64,000 nt of DNA from Flavobacteriales bacterium BRH_c54 (lineage in GTDB: Bacteria; Bacteroidota; Bacteroidia; Flavobacteriales_E; Vicingaceae): positions 33,329 to 97,328 of the forward strand of contig LADZ01000022.1 in the NCBI GenBank assembly GCA_000961845.1. The letters run 5' to 3'. Position numbers and translations under genes: made by a program. How positions within the stretch are numbered: position 1 is the first letter of the stretch; each line of letters begins with the position of its first letter. Shown here one piece after another: positions 10,370 to 20,807 of the stretch. Under the pieces are notes generated by a model. That model had not been told where the DNA came from and made no database searches. It saw only the letters and a program-made list of their open reading frames with translations.

Positions 10370-11737
10370 TTAAATGGTCATAGAAAAAATTCTTGTTGTT
10401 GGCTGTTTTCTAATTAAATGTAAATCGAACGCCATACATACATTCCTAACAAATGGTCGAGCTTTTTCGGGCAGTTGCAATCCGTTTTCAGTAAAAACTA
10501 CCAAGCCGTCACTTTCCATTTCTTTCAATCTATCAATACAAGCTTCCAACTCCGGAAATTGCATTGCTTCATCTTCCCAAGAAGTTTCAAAATGACACAT
10601 AATATTTAAAATATGTTTTCTGATAACTAAATCTTCTTCCGACAATAAGTGTCCTCTAAAAATTGGAATTATCCCTTTATTTACCGTATCTTGATATTCC
10701 TCAACCGTTTTTAGATTTTGAGCAAAACTGTACCACGAATCACTAATAGAGCTCATTCCCAAGCCTATCATTAATTGTGTTTTAGAGGCTGTATAACCCA
10801 TAAAATTTCGGTGTAGGCTTTTATTCTCCATAGCTTTATGCATACTGTCTGTTGGTAATGCAAAATGATCCATCCCAATTTCTACATAACCCAAATCGCC
10901 TAATAACTGTTTACCCGTTTCATACAATACTCTTTTTTCTTCAGCTGTAGGCAAATCGTTTTCATCGTAGCCTCTCTGCCCTACTCCTTTAATCCACGGC
11001 ACATGGGCATAACTGTAAAAAGCAATTCTGTCGGGCTTTAATATTTTGGTTTTGTTTATGGTATCAATAATTCCCTCTTTGGTTTGGTGTGGCAAGCCAA
11101 ATACTAAATCGTGGCTAATAGAATTGTAGCCTATTTTACGAGCATTTAGCGTTGCTGCTTCAACTTTTTCGTAAGGTTGGATTCTGTTAATGGTTTTTTG
11201 AACTTTTTCATCATAATCTTGCACACCAAAACTGCAACGGGTAAAGCCTAAATTATACAAGGTTTCTAAATGCTCATAAGTAGTATTGTTGGGATGTCCT
11301 TCAAAACTAAATTCATATTCTTCGCATTTTTCTGCTCGTTCTAAAATTCCATTTATCAATTTAGCCAAGTTTTCAGGACTAAAAAAAGTAGGTGTTCCCC
11401 CACCCAAATGGATTTCTTTAATACGTGGTTTCTCTTGCAACACATCACAATACAATTTCCACTCTTTTAAAACCGTATCAATATAAGGTTCTTCAACACC
11501 ATGTTGCTTGGTAATTCGTTTGTGACAACCACAAAAAGTACATAATTTTTCGCAAAATGGTAAGTGAATATACAAGCTTATTCCTTCAGTAGCATTAGAC
11601 TCATCGAAAGCATGTTTCATGGTGCTTATCCAATCGTTGTAAGCGATTCCTTCTTCATTCCAAAAAGGCACTGTAGGATAGCTGGTATATCGTGGTCCGG
11701 CAATGTTGTATTTTTGTATTAAGTTATTGTTAATCAT
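10370..11737 (-). CDS. hemN: Oxygen-independent coproporphyrinogen III oxidase, radical SAM (HemN).
   Basis: CEKLCTFCGCHK radical-SAM cluster motif plus a HemN C-terminal domain. Length is 455 aa. Confidence 0.85.
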   Translation of the reverse strand: MINNNLIQKYNIAGPRYTSYPTVPFWNEEGIAYNDWISTMKHAFDESNATEGISLYIHLPFCEKLCTFCGCHKRITKQHGVEEPYIDTVLKEWKLYCDVLQEKPRIKEIHLGGGTPTFFSPENLAKLINGILERAEKCEEYEFSFEGHPNNTTYEHLETLYNLGFTRCSFGVQDYDEKVQKTINRIQPYEKVEAATLNARKIGYNSISHDLVFGLPHQTKEGIIDTINKTKILKPDRIAFYSYAHVPWIKGVGQRGYDENDLPTAEEKRVLYETGKQLLGDLGYVEIGMDHFALPTDSMHKAMENKSLHRNFMGYTASKTQLMIGLGMSSISDSWYSFAQNLKTVEEYQDTVNKGIIPIFRGHLLSEEDLVIRKHILNIMCHFETSWEDEAMQFPELEACIDRLKEMESDGLVVFTENGLQLPEKARPFVRNVCMAFDLHLIRKQPTTRIFSMTI

Positions 11738-11741
11738 AAAT

Positions 11742-12071
11742 TTATTTTTGAGCTAATATTTTTTCGCCCATTTTTTTGGCAAATTCTCTAATTTCTTCAG
11801 CTGTAGCTGTATCGCTTGTTGCTCTTTCATAAGTATCACTCATGGTAATCATACTTTGAAAAAAGAAGTGTTTCATTTCATCAATCATCATGTCTTTGGT
11901 CCATAAATCTATACGCAAGGTATTGTTTTCTTTAGCATCCCAAAGGCTCATCATTAATGCTTTGCATTCACTGGAAGCATCCTGCACGTCATCTTTAGAG
12001 TTCCAAGTAATTTTTTGTGGAACATGATTTTCATCTAAACTTACTTTAATGTTTATTTCAGATTGTTTCAT
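11742..12071 (-). CDS. gldC: Gliding motility protein GldC.
   Basis: About 109-aa soluble protein immediately downstream of the gldB-like lipoprotein gene, matching the Flavobacterium gldB-gldC arrangement. The N-terminal EINIKVSLDENHVPQKITW block fits GldC. Confidence 0.6.
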   Translation of the reverse strand: MKQSEINIKVSLDENHVPQKITWNSKDDVQDASSECKALMMSLWDAKENNTLRIDLWTKDMMIDEMKHFFFQSMITMSDTYERATSDTATAEEIREFAKKMGEKILAQK

Positions 12072-12091
12072 TCTTGTAATTATTAAAAATA

Positions 12092-13123
12092 TTATGGTTT
12101 ATATTTTGATTTGGTCAGTATTTTTTGATAATCTTCTTCTTGCATCAATTCAGGAACAGTTACTTCCGGATTTTTTTTCATGTAGGCTTTTACAATTTCC
12201 CACCCTAAATAATGTCCAATTCTTCCGGGAGAACCTTCCGGAAAACCTTGAGTAAAAGGAGCTTCCCCCATAAACTTAATGATTTGACTGTTTTCTTTAG
12301 TATAGAGCAACTCGTTATCCATAAAATAAAACCAAATTTCTTGTTTATTATTTTCGCACCAATCATATTGTTCTTGAGAATAATTAATTTTTTTAGCGTC
12401 TTTTTCATTGGGAATAAGTGCATCTAGCATATAAATTATTTTTCCCTGATGTATCATTTCTTCCATTAAATTTGGTTGAGCAACAGGCATTTCAAATTCT
12501 GTAGAAATCCATCCCAACAAAACACTCGGCACTAAATATTCTTCAGACATCAACATACTTTTATATTGAGGTAAACCTAACTGAGCATAGGCTTTATAAT
12601 CGCTTCCTAAAAACATATCTAAGCCAATTCCTAAATAATCTTTTCCTGTGGCAATGGCATAATTAAAGCCCGAAATATAGGTAATAATAGTTGGCACTTT
12701 TTCGGTAGGAAAATAATATTTATAATGCTTAAAAGCATTTGTTAATTCTTTTTGATAAGGTGAAAAATCAGCAAATTGTTTTTGTACATCAGCATACACA
12801 TCTCTAATTCCGGGATCGGTTCTAAAAGCATTTAACTGAAAATTAAAATCGCCTCTTCTGGCATCTCCAATATTAATAATTTGGTTGGTAAAATCATCAA
12901 AAAAAGGCTGATAGTTTTGAGCTATCACATCAATTTCATCATTGGTAAGTTTTTCTTCTTTTTGAAACAACTCTTTTTCAAAAGCTTTCACTTCCAATTC
13001 CAATTTAACATGTGAGACATCAATATCCAGAGGGTTTTCTGAGCATGATGACAGGCTAAACATAATTAATATTGCAACAAAATAAATGCTAAAAAGACTC
13101 CTGTTTTTTATTATTTTATACAT
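12092..13123 (-). CDS. gldB: Gliding motility lipoprotein GldB.
   Basis: 343 aa with a lipoprotein signal (..MFSLSSCSE). Its size and its position upstream of gldC and next to nadE match the Flavobacterium gldB locus. Confidence 0.6.
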   Translation of the reverse strand: MYKIIKNRSLFSIYFVAILIMFSLSSCSENPLDIDVSHVKLELEVKAFEKELFQKEEKLTNDEIDVIAQNYQPFFDDFTNQIINIGDARRGDFNFQLNAFRTDPGIRDVYADVQKQFADFSPYQKELTNAFKHYKYYFPTEKVPTIITYISGFNYAIATGKDYLGIGLDMFLGSDYKAYAQLGLPQYKSMLMSEEYLVPSVLLGWISTEFEMPVAQPNLMEEMIHQGKIIYMLDALIPNEKDAKKINYSQEQYDWCENNKQEIWFYFMDNELLYTKENSQIIKFMGEAPFTQGFPEGSPGRIGHYLGWEIVKAYMKKNPEVTVPELMQEEDYQKILTKSKYKP

Positions 13124-13188
13124 GCTGGACTAATCTTATAATATTTGTATAAATTTGTAATTTAATATTAACTTTTAAGCTAAAGAAA

Positions 13189-13944
13189 ATGAAAAAAGCA
13201 AAGTTACTTACTTTAATACTATTTCTAGGAATTATTTCCAACCTTTCTGCACAAGAAGGTGAAGACAGAAAGTTTAGATTTGGGTTACATTTCTCACCTA
13301 ATATTGCTTGGTTAAACCCTTCTTCTGATGGTTATGAAAAAAATGGTTCTTCCCTAGGTTTTTCTTACGGATTGTCTGCTGAATTTTTCTTAGCTAAAAA
13401 CTATTTATTTTCGACAGGATTAACCCTTAATAAGTTAGGAGGAAACCTTAGCTATTTTGATCATTTTCATGATGCAGATAATAATGTTTATTCATTTACA
13501 CAAATTGACCAATCTTACAGCCTAAAATACATTGAAATTCCACTTACATTAAAATTAAGAACCAACGAAATAGGCTACATGACATATTATGGAAACTTTG
13601 GTGTAAAAACAGGTTTCAACTATAGTTCCAACGGTGATTTTGATTACAAAAATATAAGCGGTGGAATTTCTAAAAGTGATGTAGATATTAAAGACGATAT
13701 TAAATTTTTTAATGCTTGGTTAGTAATTGGCATTGGTGCAGAATACAGCATTTCCGGAAATACTGCCGTAATGTTTGGTATCACTTTCAATAATGGTTTT
13801 ATAAATACATTAGATAATAAACTTGTTAATTTAGACGGAAAAGGAGCTCCCATTTACAATACCGATGGAACTCCAAATTACAAGAACAAATCAGCCAACG
13901 CTAATCTTAATTACTTTTCTTTAGATTTAGGTATCTATTTTTAA
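13189..13944 (+). CDS. Outer-membrane beta-barrel protein (OMP_b-brl_2 / PorT-like family).
   Basis: Signal peptide, alternating amphipathic beta-strands, terminal aromatic residue (..GIYF). Confidence 0.6.
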   Translation: MKKAKLLTLILFLGIISNLSAQEGEDRKFRFGLHFSPNIAWLNPSSDGYEKNGSSLGFSYGLSAEFFLAKNYLFSTGLTLNKLGGNLSYFDHFHDADNNVYSFTQIDQSYSLKYIEIPLTLKLRTNEIGYMTYYGNFGVKTGFNYSSNGDFDYKNISGGISKSDVDIKDDIKFFNAWLVIGIGAEYSISGNTAVMFGITFNNGFINTLDNKLVNLDGKGAPIYNTDGTPNYKNKSANANLNYFSLDLGIYF

Positions 13945-13953
13945 TCCCTGAGT

Positions 13954-14748
13954 ATGATTAATTCTGAAAAAACGGTTACTCATATTGTTAATTGGTTGAA
14001 ACAATATGCAGAAAAAGCACATGCTAAAGGTTTTGTTGTTGGTATTTCAGGAGGAATAGATTCTGCTGTAACTTCTAGCTTAGCAGCACTTACCAAAATG
14101 CCTGTTTTATGTTTGGAAATGCCCATTTATCAACATGTAAAACAAGTAAACAGAGGACATAAACATATTGAACAATTAAAATCGAAATTTAATAATGTAA
14201 CTAATTTACAAACTGATCTCACTCCTATTTTCGATAGTTTTTTAAAAGCTCTTTCTACTAATAAAGACAATGAATCGGAGGCATTAGCTTTAGTAAACCT
14301 AAGAGCTAGAATGAGAATGACAGCACTTTATTACCACGCTCAAAAGAATAGTTTTTTAGTAGTGGGTACAGGTAATAAAATTGAAGATTTTGGTGTAGGA
14401 TTCTATACTAAATATGGTGATGGTGGCGTAGATATTAGTCCCATTGCAGATTTAACAAAAACAGAAGTTTATGCCTTAGGAGAATTTTTAGGTGTAAATA
14501 ATGACATAATGGTTGCTCCGCCAACTGACGGACTTTGGGGTGATGAAAGAACCGATGAAGAACAAATAGGAGCCACTTACCCGGAATTAGAATGGGCAAT
14601 GGATTTTGTGAATACTAATTCAACAGAAACTAATCTAACTGACAGACAAAAAGAGGTGTTAGCTATCTACAAAAAACTAAATGCAGCTAACCAACACAAA
14701 ATGAATCCTATTCCTGTCTGTATAATTCCTGATGAGTTAAAGAATTAA
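13954..14748 (+). CDS. nadE: NH3-dependent NAD+ synthetase NadE.
   Basis: GISGGIDSAV PP-loop and NadE-specific blocks. Confidence 0.9.
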   Translation: MINSEKTVTHIVNWLKQYAEKAHAKGFVVGISGGIDSAVTSSLAALTKMPVLCLEMPIYQHVKQVNRGHKHIEQLKSKFNNVTNLQTDLTPIFDSFLKALSTNKDNESEALALVNLRARMRMTALYYHAQKNSFLVVGTGNKIEDFGVGFYTKYGDGGVDISPIADLTKTEVYALGEFLGVNNDIMVAPPTDGLWGDERTDEEQIGATYPELEWAMDFVNTNSTETNLTDRQKEVLAIYKKLNAANQHKMNPIPVCIIPDELKN

Positions 14749-15207
14749 TTATTCTTCTTGCTGAGTAATTAACTGCCCTTCTTTTTCTATTCCATTATTT
14801 TTTACAATATTATAATGAAACCCTCCTTGATATTGTTTATACTCAACTATTGCAACAGGAAAATCAAAATCTGAATCGTCTATATCATCCGATTTTTTAA
14901 TTAACTCAATGTCACACTCAAATGGATCTGCATAATAAACACTTGCTAAGGTAGAAAAAACTATCCTCTTTGTAAAATAACCTTCCTTAGACAATTCTAT
15001 TGTATAATATCTGTTTATCCATAAGTTAAAAGCAAACTTATTGGTAATAAAATCTGAATGAATAAGGGAGTTCTCTTCATATAATTTAATCTCCACATTA
15101 TTTAATTTTTTACCTTTTTCGTTTACTATGTAACCTTTAAATTCTATCTGACCAAAACCATTTATGGCAATCAGAATAGCAGCTAAAAATGTAATTATTG
15201 TTTTCAT
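14749..15207 (-). CDS. Secreted hypothetical protein with a carboxypeptidase-regulatory-like beta-sandwich signature.
   Basis: Signal peptide and GYIVNEKGKKLNNVEIKL motif. No further homology recognised. Confidence 0.45.
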   Translation of the reverse strand: MKTIITFLAAILIAINGFGQIEFKGYIVNEKGKKLNNVEIKLYEENSLIHSDFITNKFAFNLWINRYYTIELSKEGYFTKRIVFSTLASVYYADPFECDIELIKKSDDIDDSDFDFPVAIVEYKQYQGGFHYNIVKNNGIEKEGQLITQQEE

Positions 15208-15304
15208 GTGTATATGTTTTTAAATTATCACTATTTAATTCTTTTGAACTATACAAAATACTGATATTTAAGAACATGAAAAAAGATGTCAATTACGTAA
15301 ATTA

Positions 15305-15346
15305 ATAAAAAAAAATAACAAATTTTATTACGCAGAACTACGTAAG
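15305..15346 (-). terminator. Candidate rho-independent terminator after the 15379-16176 gene.
   Basis: On the minus strand, hairpin ttacgtagttctgcgtaa is followed by a T-rich run (taaaatttgttattttttttt). Confidence 0.35.
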
Positions 15347-15378
15347 ACAAGCAACAATAAATACGATAAAAATGAGGT

Positions 15379-16176
15379 TTAAACTTCTACGCTCACGAGA
15401 AAACCTTCGTATTTTCTGATGTTGAGCACAATACCGTTTTCAAACATCAGGTATTGTCCTTTAATGCCCACCAACTTTCCTTCGTACTCAGGTACTTTCT
15501 CGAAACCTATACTTTTTACTTTTACAGGATAATGTAACACAGGAAAATTCATGTGAACAATTTCACTTTTAGGAAGGAGGTACTCATGATAAGCTTCATC
15601 CACCAACATAGCTACTTTATCTCTCTCAGCAATTAAATCAATATTGGGTTGTAAATTTTTAAGCATTTGTTGCCAATTGGTTTTGTCATCCAAATATTGC
15701 TTCAAACTAACCTCTATCATTCCTGCTAAATAACGATTAGGTGTTTCTGCTAATTTTATTGCTTGTGAAGCTCCTTGATCTATCCATCTGGTTGGGACTT
15801 GTGTATGTCTAGTTACACCTACTTTAATTCCACTTGTAAGTGATAAATAAACAATATGTGGTTGCAATTGTGCAGCTTGTTCATACGCCAAATCTCTATC
15901 TTCAATACCTAAATGAGCTTGTGATTTTTCTGGATGAATAATCCAATCAGCAACTTCGGGAGCATCTCTAAAACAAGGGTAACAAAAACCCTGATTAAAT
16001 GATTTTACCGTTTTTCGTCCACACTTTATGCAGTAAATGGCATTTTCATAAGTCAACTTAATGGTTTGACCTATTAACTCATTAAGATAAACCAACTCCT
16101 CTCCCACAGGTAAATGGTATTGTACCTCATCCTGAAGTTGTGTTTGCATTTTTAAAAGTGAACCTGTTTTTTTCAT
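15379..16176 (-). CDS. Conserved hypothetical protein with a zinc ribbon (CxxC-x13-CxxC), possibly DUF2797 family.
   Basis: 265 aa. CIKCGRK...CYPCF forms a zinc ribbon. The family assignment is from memory only. Confidence 0.45.
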   Translation of the reverse strand: MKKTGSLLKMQTQLQDEVQYHLPVGEELVYLNELIGQTIKLTYENAIYCIKCGRKTVKSFNQGFCYPCFRDAPEVADWIIHPEKSQAHLGIEDRDLAYEQAAQLQPHIVYLSLTSGIKVGVTRHTQVPTRWIDQGASQAIKLAETPNRYLAGMIEVSLKQYLDDKTNWQQMLKNLQPNIDLIAERDKVAMLVDEAYHEYLLPKSEIVHMNFPVLHYPVKVKSIGFEKVPEYEGKLVGIKGQYLMFENGIVLNIRKYEGFLVSVEV

Positions 16177-16296
16177 GTGTAAGTATTTAGAAATACTTAT
16201 AAGTACCTTGATTACTTATAAGTTAGGAGTTAAGTTATTTAGTTTTTTAGTAATAATCTTCAATACACAATCCTCCAACTTCAAACCTTCAATCAA

Positions 16297-17940
16297 CTAC
16301 GTTTGAATTACCCCAACATTATATCTTTTAGTAATAGGAGCATGGTCGGCAGCTTCTATTCCCATAGAAATCCATTTTCTGGTGTCCTTTGGGTCGATGA
16401 TGGCATCTGTCCAAAGTCTTGCAGCAGCATAGTAAGGAGAAATTTGTTCATCATACCTGTCTTTAATTTTGTTGTACAATTCTTCTTCTCTCTCTTTGGT
16501 AATTTTTTCTTCTCCCTTCGCTTTTAATGAAGCCACTTCAATTTGTAATAAGGTTTTTGCTGCCGAAGCACCACTCATTACCGCCAATTGTGCCGAAGGC
16601 CAAGCTACAATTAATCTTGGATCATAGGCTTTTCCACACATAGCATAATTTCCTGCTCCATAAGAATTTCCAATAATCACCGTAAATTTAGGAACAACAG
16701 AGTTTGCCTGAGCAGCAACCATTTTAGCTCCATCTTTAATGATTCCGCCATGTTCAGAACGTGAACCTACCATAAAACCGCTTACATCTTGCAAAAACAC
16801 CAAAGGAATTTTCTTTTGGTTACAATTCATAATAAAACGAGCTGCTTTATCTGCCGAATCGGAATAAATAACACCTCCAAACTGCATTTCTCCTTTCTTA
16901 GATTTTACTACCATACGTTGATTAGCAACTATCCCTACTGACCAACCATCAACTCGAGCATAGCCGCAAACAATAGTCTGTCCGTAAGCTTCTTTATATT
17001 CTTCAAATTCTGAATTATCTACCAAACGTTTAATAATTTCTTTTACATCATAAGGTTTTTCACGTGTATCAGGTAAAATGCCATAAATTTCTTTTGGATC
17101 TAATTTAGGTTGTATTGGTTTCACTCTGTTAAATCCTGCTTTGTCGTAATCACCAATTTTATCCATAATGGTTTTAATCCTGTCTAAACAATCCTGGTCA
17201 TCCTTACATTTATAATCAGTTACTCCTGAAATTTCGCAATGTGTTGTAGCTCCACCTAAAGTTTCATTGTCAATACTTTCGCCAATCGCTGCTTTCACCA
17301 AATAAGAACCTGCCAAAAAGATAGAACCTGTTTTGTCCACTATCATAGCCTCATCGCTCATAATTGGTAAATAAGCTCCTCCGGCAACACAACTGCCCAT
17401 AATGGCTGCTATTTGTATGATTCCTTCTGACGACATGATGGCATTGTTCCTAAATATTCTACCAAAATGTTCTTTATCGGGAAAAATTTCATCTTGCATG
17501 GGCAAGAAAACGCCTGCACTATCTACTAAATAAATAATAGGCAATTTGTTTTCCATAGCAATTTCCTGAAAACGTAGATTTTTTTTAGCAGCTATAGGAA
17601 ACCAAGCTCCAGCTTTAACTGTAGCATCATTGGCTACCACCAAACATTGTTTTCCGCTAACGTAACCTATCATGCCAACTACTCCACCCGAGGGACAAGC
17701 ACCTTGTTCTTCGTACATTCCTTCTCCTGCAAAAGCACCAATTTCTATCCTTGCTGATTTATTATCCAATAAATAATCAATTCTTTCTCTGGCGGTAAGC
17801 TTACCTTTAGCATGGTGCGATTCAATTTTTTTCTTTCCTCCACCCAAGTACACTTTTTCTAACCTACGATTTAAATCTGATACCGAAAGTCGATTGACAT
17901 CTTCATTTTTACTGAATTCTAAATCTATCTTTTTTGCCAT
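16297..17940 (-). CDS. Acyl-CoA carboxylase carboxyltransferase subunit (propionyl-/methylcrotonyl-CoA carboxylase beta-chain family).
   Basis: 547 aa. Two crotonase-like carboxyltransferase halves; the N-terminus is typical for PccB/AccD5-type proteins. Confidence 0.85.
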   Translation of the reverse strand: MAKKIDLEFSKNEDVNRLSVSDLNRRLEKVYLGGGKKKIESHHAKGKLTARERIDYLLDNKSARIEIGAFAGEGMYEEQGACPSGGVVGMIGYVSGKQCLVVANDATVKAGAWFPIAAKKNLRFQEIAMENKLPIIYLVDSAGVFLPMQDEIFPDKEHFGRIFRNNAIMSSEGIIQIAAIMGSCVAGGAYLPIMSDEAMIVDKTGSIFLAGSYLVKAAIGESIDNETLGGATTHCEISGVTDYKCKDDQDCLDRIKTIMDKIGDYDKAGFNRVKPIQPKLDPKEIYGILPDTREKPYDVKEIIKRLVDNSEFEEYKEAYGQTIVCGYARVDGWSVGIVANQRMVVKSKKGEMQFGGVIYSDSADKAARFIMNCNQKKIPLVFLQDVSGFMVGSRSEHGGIIKDGAKMVAAQANSVVPKFTVIIGNSYGAGNYAMCGKAYDPRLIVAWPSAQLAVMSGASAAKTLLQIEVASLKAKGEEKITKEREEELYNKIKDRYDEQISPYYAAARLWTDAIIDPKDTRKWISMGIEAADHAPITKRYNVGVIQT

Positions 17941-18087
17941 TTTTTTGTGCTTTTTTATTTAATTCTCAAAAATACTTTTTTAGAAATTTAATTAAAGTGA
18001 TTTTGGATATATTTTTTATTTAACCACAAAGACACAGAAACGCAACGTTATTTTATTATCTCCATACAAGTCCGTTTCATCTGTGTT

Positions 18088-19575
18088 CTATACTCCAAAA
18101 ACAAACTTAGACAACAACATAAACACAGTTGTAACAATGATAACTCCCAACAAATTAAATAAAATTCCTGCACGTATCATTTGTTTTATTTTTACATAGC
18201 CCGAACCAAAAATAATGGCTTGGGTGGGCGATGCAACAGGCATCATAAAAGCACAGCTTGCCGAAAGTGTTGCGGGAATCATCAATAAAATGGGTTCTAT
18301 ATCTAATGCTATACTTGCTTGTGCTAAAATAGGTAACACCAAATTGGTAGTTGCTGTATTGGAGGTTACTTCTGTAAGTAAGGTAAGTACTACACAAACT
18401 ACTACAACCATCACTAGTGGAGAGGAAAAAGTCATTTGTGCAAAAAGGTTTCCTACAACATCCGATAAACCTGATGATGAAAAGCCACCTGCAATGGCAA
18501 AACCTCCACCAAAAAGTAACAAAACACCCCATGGTAAACTATGTACATGACTCCATTTTAACAACATTTCTCCTTGTCTTTGTTTTGAAGGAATTAGAAA
18601 CAATAAAGTGGCAGCAGCAATTGCTATGGTAGCATCTGTAGCCATTTCCAATCCAAAAACAGTACGCCAACCTTGTATGGTAATGGTTTCCGACAAGCGT
18701 AAATCTGAACCTGTAATCCACAAAACAGCAGCCATAAAAAACACTAACCCTGAAAAAGCTTCATCTCTAGTAATTTTTCCTAGTCCATCTAACTGACTTT
18801 TTACTACATCATTGCTTTTCAACAGATTGTCTTTGGGCATTCTGTATATTACTTTGGTTAATAATAACCAACCTGTAATGATAAAAGTAATGGCAATAGG
18901 TAATCCCATCATCATCCATTGTGTGAATCCAATAGCTGCTTTATCAGGGAAAATAGTTTGGTACATTTCTATAAAAATCATATTGGGCATGGTACCAATA
19001 ACGGTTGCCATTCCGCCAATATCGGCTGCATAAGCAATACACAGCATTAACGCAACAGCAAATCGACTAATCAGTTTTTTGTTGTCGTTGGTAATGCCTA
19101 TTTTTAATTCTTCAATAATGGATATGCCTATGGGCATCATTACCATTACTGTAGCAGTGTTAGATATCCACATACTTAAAAAAGCAGTGGTAACCATAAA
19201 GCCTAAAATAAGATGAGCAGGTTTGCTGCCTATAACACTAACAATTCTCAATGCTAATCGCTGATGCAAGTTAGATTGCTGAATACCTTGAGCTAACATT
19301 AACCCTCCGAGAAATAGAAAAATAATTTCTTTACCATAAAATACGGCAGTGTCTTTGGCATCTAAAATACCAAAAAGCGGAAATAAAAACATAGGAAACA
19401 AAGAAGTTACGGCTATGGGTAAGACTTCAAAAATCCAACAGACAGCCATAAGAATAACGATTGCTGCCATAATGGGTGCTTTAGGATTAGCTGCAGAAGG
19501 CACCAACCAATAACCCACAACAGCCAATACTATTGCCAGTAAAAAGTACATCCATTTTTTTAAAACCGATTTCAC
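18088..19575 (-). CDS. DASS/SLC13-family divalent anion:Na+ symporter (dicarboxylate/sulfate).
   Basis: 495 aa, polytopic, with the two SNT/SNTAT hairpin-tip motifs of SLC13. Confidence 0.8.
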   Translation of the reverse strand: MKSVLKKWMYFLLAIVLAVVGYWLVPSAANPKAPIMAAIVILMAVCWIFEVLPIAVTSLFPMFLFPLFGILDAKDTAVFYGKEIIFLFLGGLMLAQGIQQSNLHQRLALRIVSVIGSKPAHLILGFMVTTAFLSMWISNTATVMVMMPIGISIIEELKIGITNDNKKLISRFAVALMLCIAYAADIGGMATVIGTMPNMIFIEMYQTIFPDKAAIGFTQWMMMGLPIAITFIITGWLLLTKVIYRMPKDNLLKSNDVVKSQLDGLGKITRDEAFSGLVFFMAAVLWITGSDLRLSETITIQGWRTVFGLEMATDATIAIAAATLLFLIPSKQRQGEMLLKWSHVHSLPWGVLLLFGGGFAIAGGFSSSGLSDVVGNLFAQMTFSSPLVMVVVVCVVLTLLTEVTSNTATTNLVLPILAQASIALDIEPILLMIPATLSASCAFMMPVASPTQAIIFGSGYVKIKQMIRAGILFNLLGVIIVTTVFMLLSKFVFGV

Positions 19576-19704
19576 TTAATTGATTTAGTAACAGATGTCC
19601 AAAAATAGTATAAAAAACTCAACTTAAAAGTTTTAGCCTAACTGAACTTAAAAGATTTCTCTAGCAACATTTTACTAAGTTTCGTTCGAAATGACAACTG
19701 CTCC

Positions 19705-20001
19705 TTACAACTTCAAATTAATTTGGCTATCCCTTTTAGTAAGTTTAAATTTAGGTTCATCCATGTGTTTTAATTCGGAGGTAAGTAGTTTGTTATTCAG
19801 CTGAATAAACTCTTTCATCACAAACTTTTTAAGTTGTTTTTTGTTCTTTAACAAATCTTTCAACTCAAAATCTGTATCGTCTCTGTTAACAATAATCAGG
19901 TTAAACAAATCTTCCACCAACGCAATTTCAATAGATTCTTTAAGTATGGGATTATACTTTTGAATTAGGGCTTTTATTTTTTCTTTTTCACCTAGAGTCA
20001 T
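19705..20001 (-). CDS. Hypothetical 98-aa protein co-oriented with dapB.
   Basis: ORF only. It lies 12 bp downstream of dapB and no family is recognised. Confidence 0.35.
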   Translation of the reverse strand: MTLGEKEKIKALIQKYNPILKESIEIALVEDLFNLIIVNRDDTDFELKDLLKNKKQLKKFVMKEFIQLNNKLLTSELKHMDEPKFKLTKRDSQINLKL

Positions 20002-20012
20002 AGTACATTTAT

Positions 20013-20729
20013 TTAACCAAATAAGGCATCTTGCATCGTATATATTCCTTTCTTATTATGAATAAATTCAGCCGCTATTACTGCCCCTTGAGCAAAACCT
20101 TCTCTGTTGTGAGCAGTATGTTTTATTTCAATATCATCTATGGCAGAGGAATACGTTACTTGATGGGTTCCGGGCACATTTTCAATTCTGTGAGCTTCAA
20201 TAAACAACTCACTTTTATCTGCTGATGGTTGTATTCCCCACTTTGTTTTGGCATCCAAATTAGTAATAATACCTTCTGCCAACGTAATTGCCGTACCACT
20301 AGGAATATCCAATTTTTGAGTATGATGCACTTCGTCCATTTTTACTTCATAATCAGGGTGATTATTCATCAACTTTGCTAACTGCTCATTTAGTTTAAAA
20401 AATAAATTAACGCCCACACTGCAATTGGTGGCATATAATAATGTTCCTTGATTTTCATCACATTTTTGTTTTACTACATCAAATTGATGATACCAACCTG
20501 TCGTTCCAACCACAATAGGCACATTGTTTTCTAAACAAGTAGAAATAGACTTTACTGCATTCTCGGGAGTAGTAAACTCAATAGCTACATCAACATCTTT
20601 TAAATTTTCTGGGTTTAAATCTGCTGCATTATCCACCGTAATTTTTAAGGTTACCTGATGTCCTCTTTCCAAAGCAATTCTTTCAATTACTTGTCCCATT
20701 TTGCCGTAGCCTATTATTGCGATGTTCAT
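20013..20729 (-). CDS. dapB: 4-hydroxy-tetrahydrodipicolinate reductase.
   Basis: MNIAIIGYGKMGQ Rossmann N-terminus and DapB C-terminal domain. Confidence 0.9.
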   Translation of the reverse strand: MNIAIIGYGKMGQVIERIALERGHQVTLKITVDNAADLNPENLKDVDVAIEFTTPENAVKSISTCLENNVPIVVGTTGWYHQFDVVKQKCDENQGTLLYATNCSVGVNLFFKLNEQLAKLMNNHPDYEVKMDEVHHTQKLDIPSGTAITLAEGIITNLDAKTKWGIQPSADKSELFIEAHRIENVPGTHQVTYSSAIDDIEIKHTAHNREGFAQGAVIAAEFIHNKKGIYTMQDALFG

Positions 20730-20807
20730 GTTTGATGTTTAAAATTTGATGTTCAAATCTATGAATTTATTTTTAATCGCTCTACTATTTTATGTTTACA
20801 TTTAACT

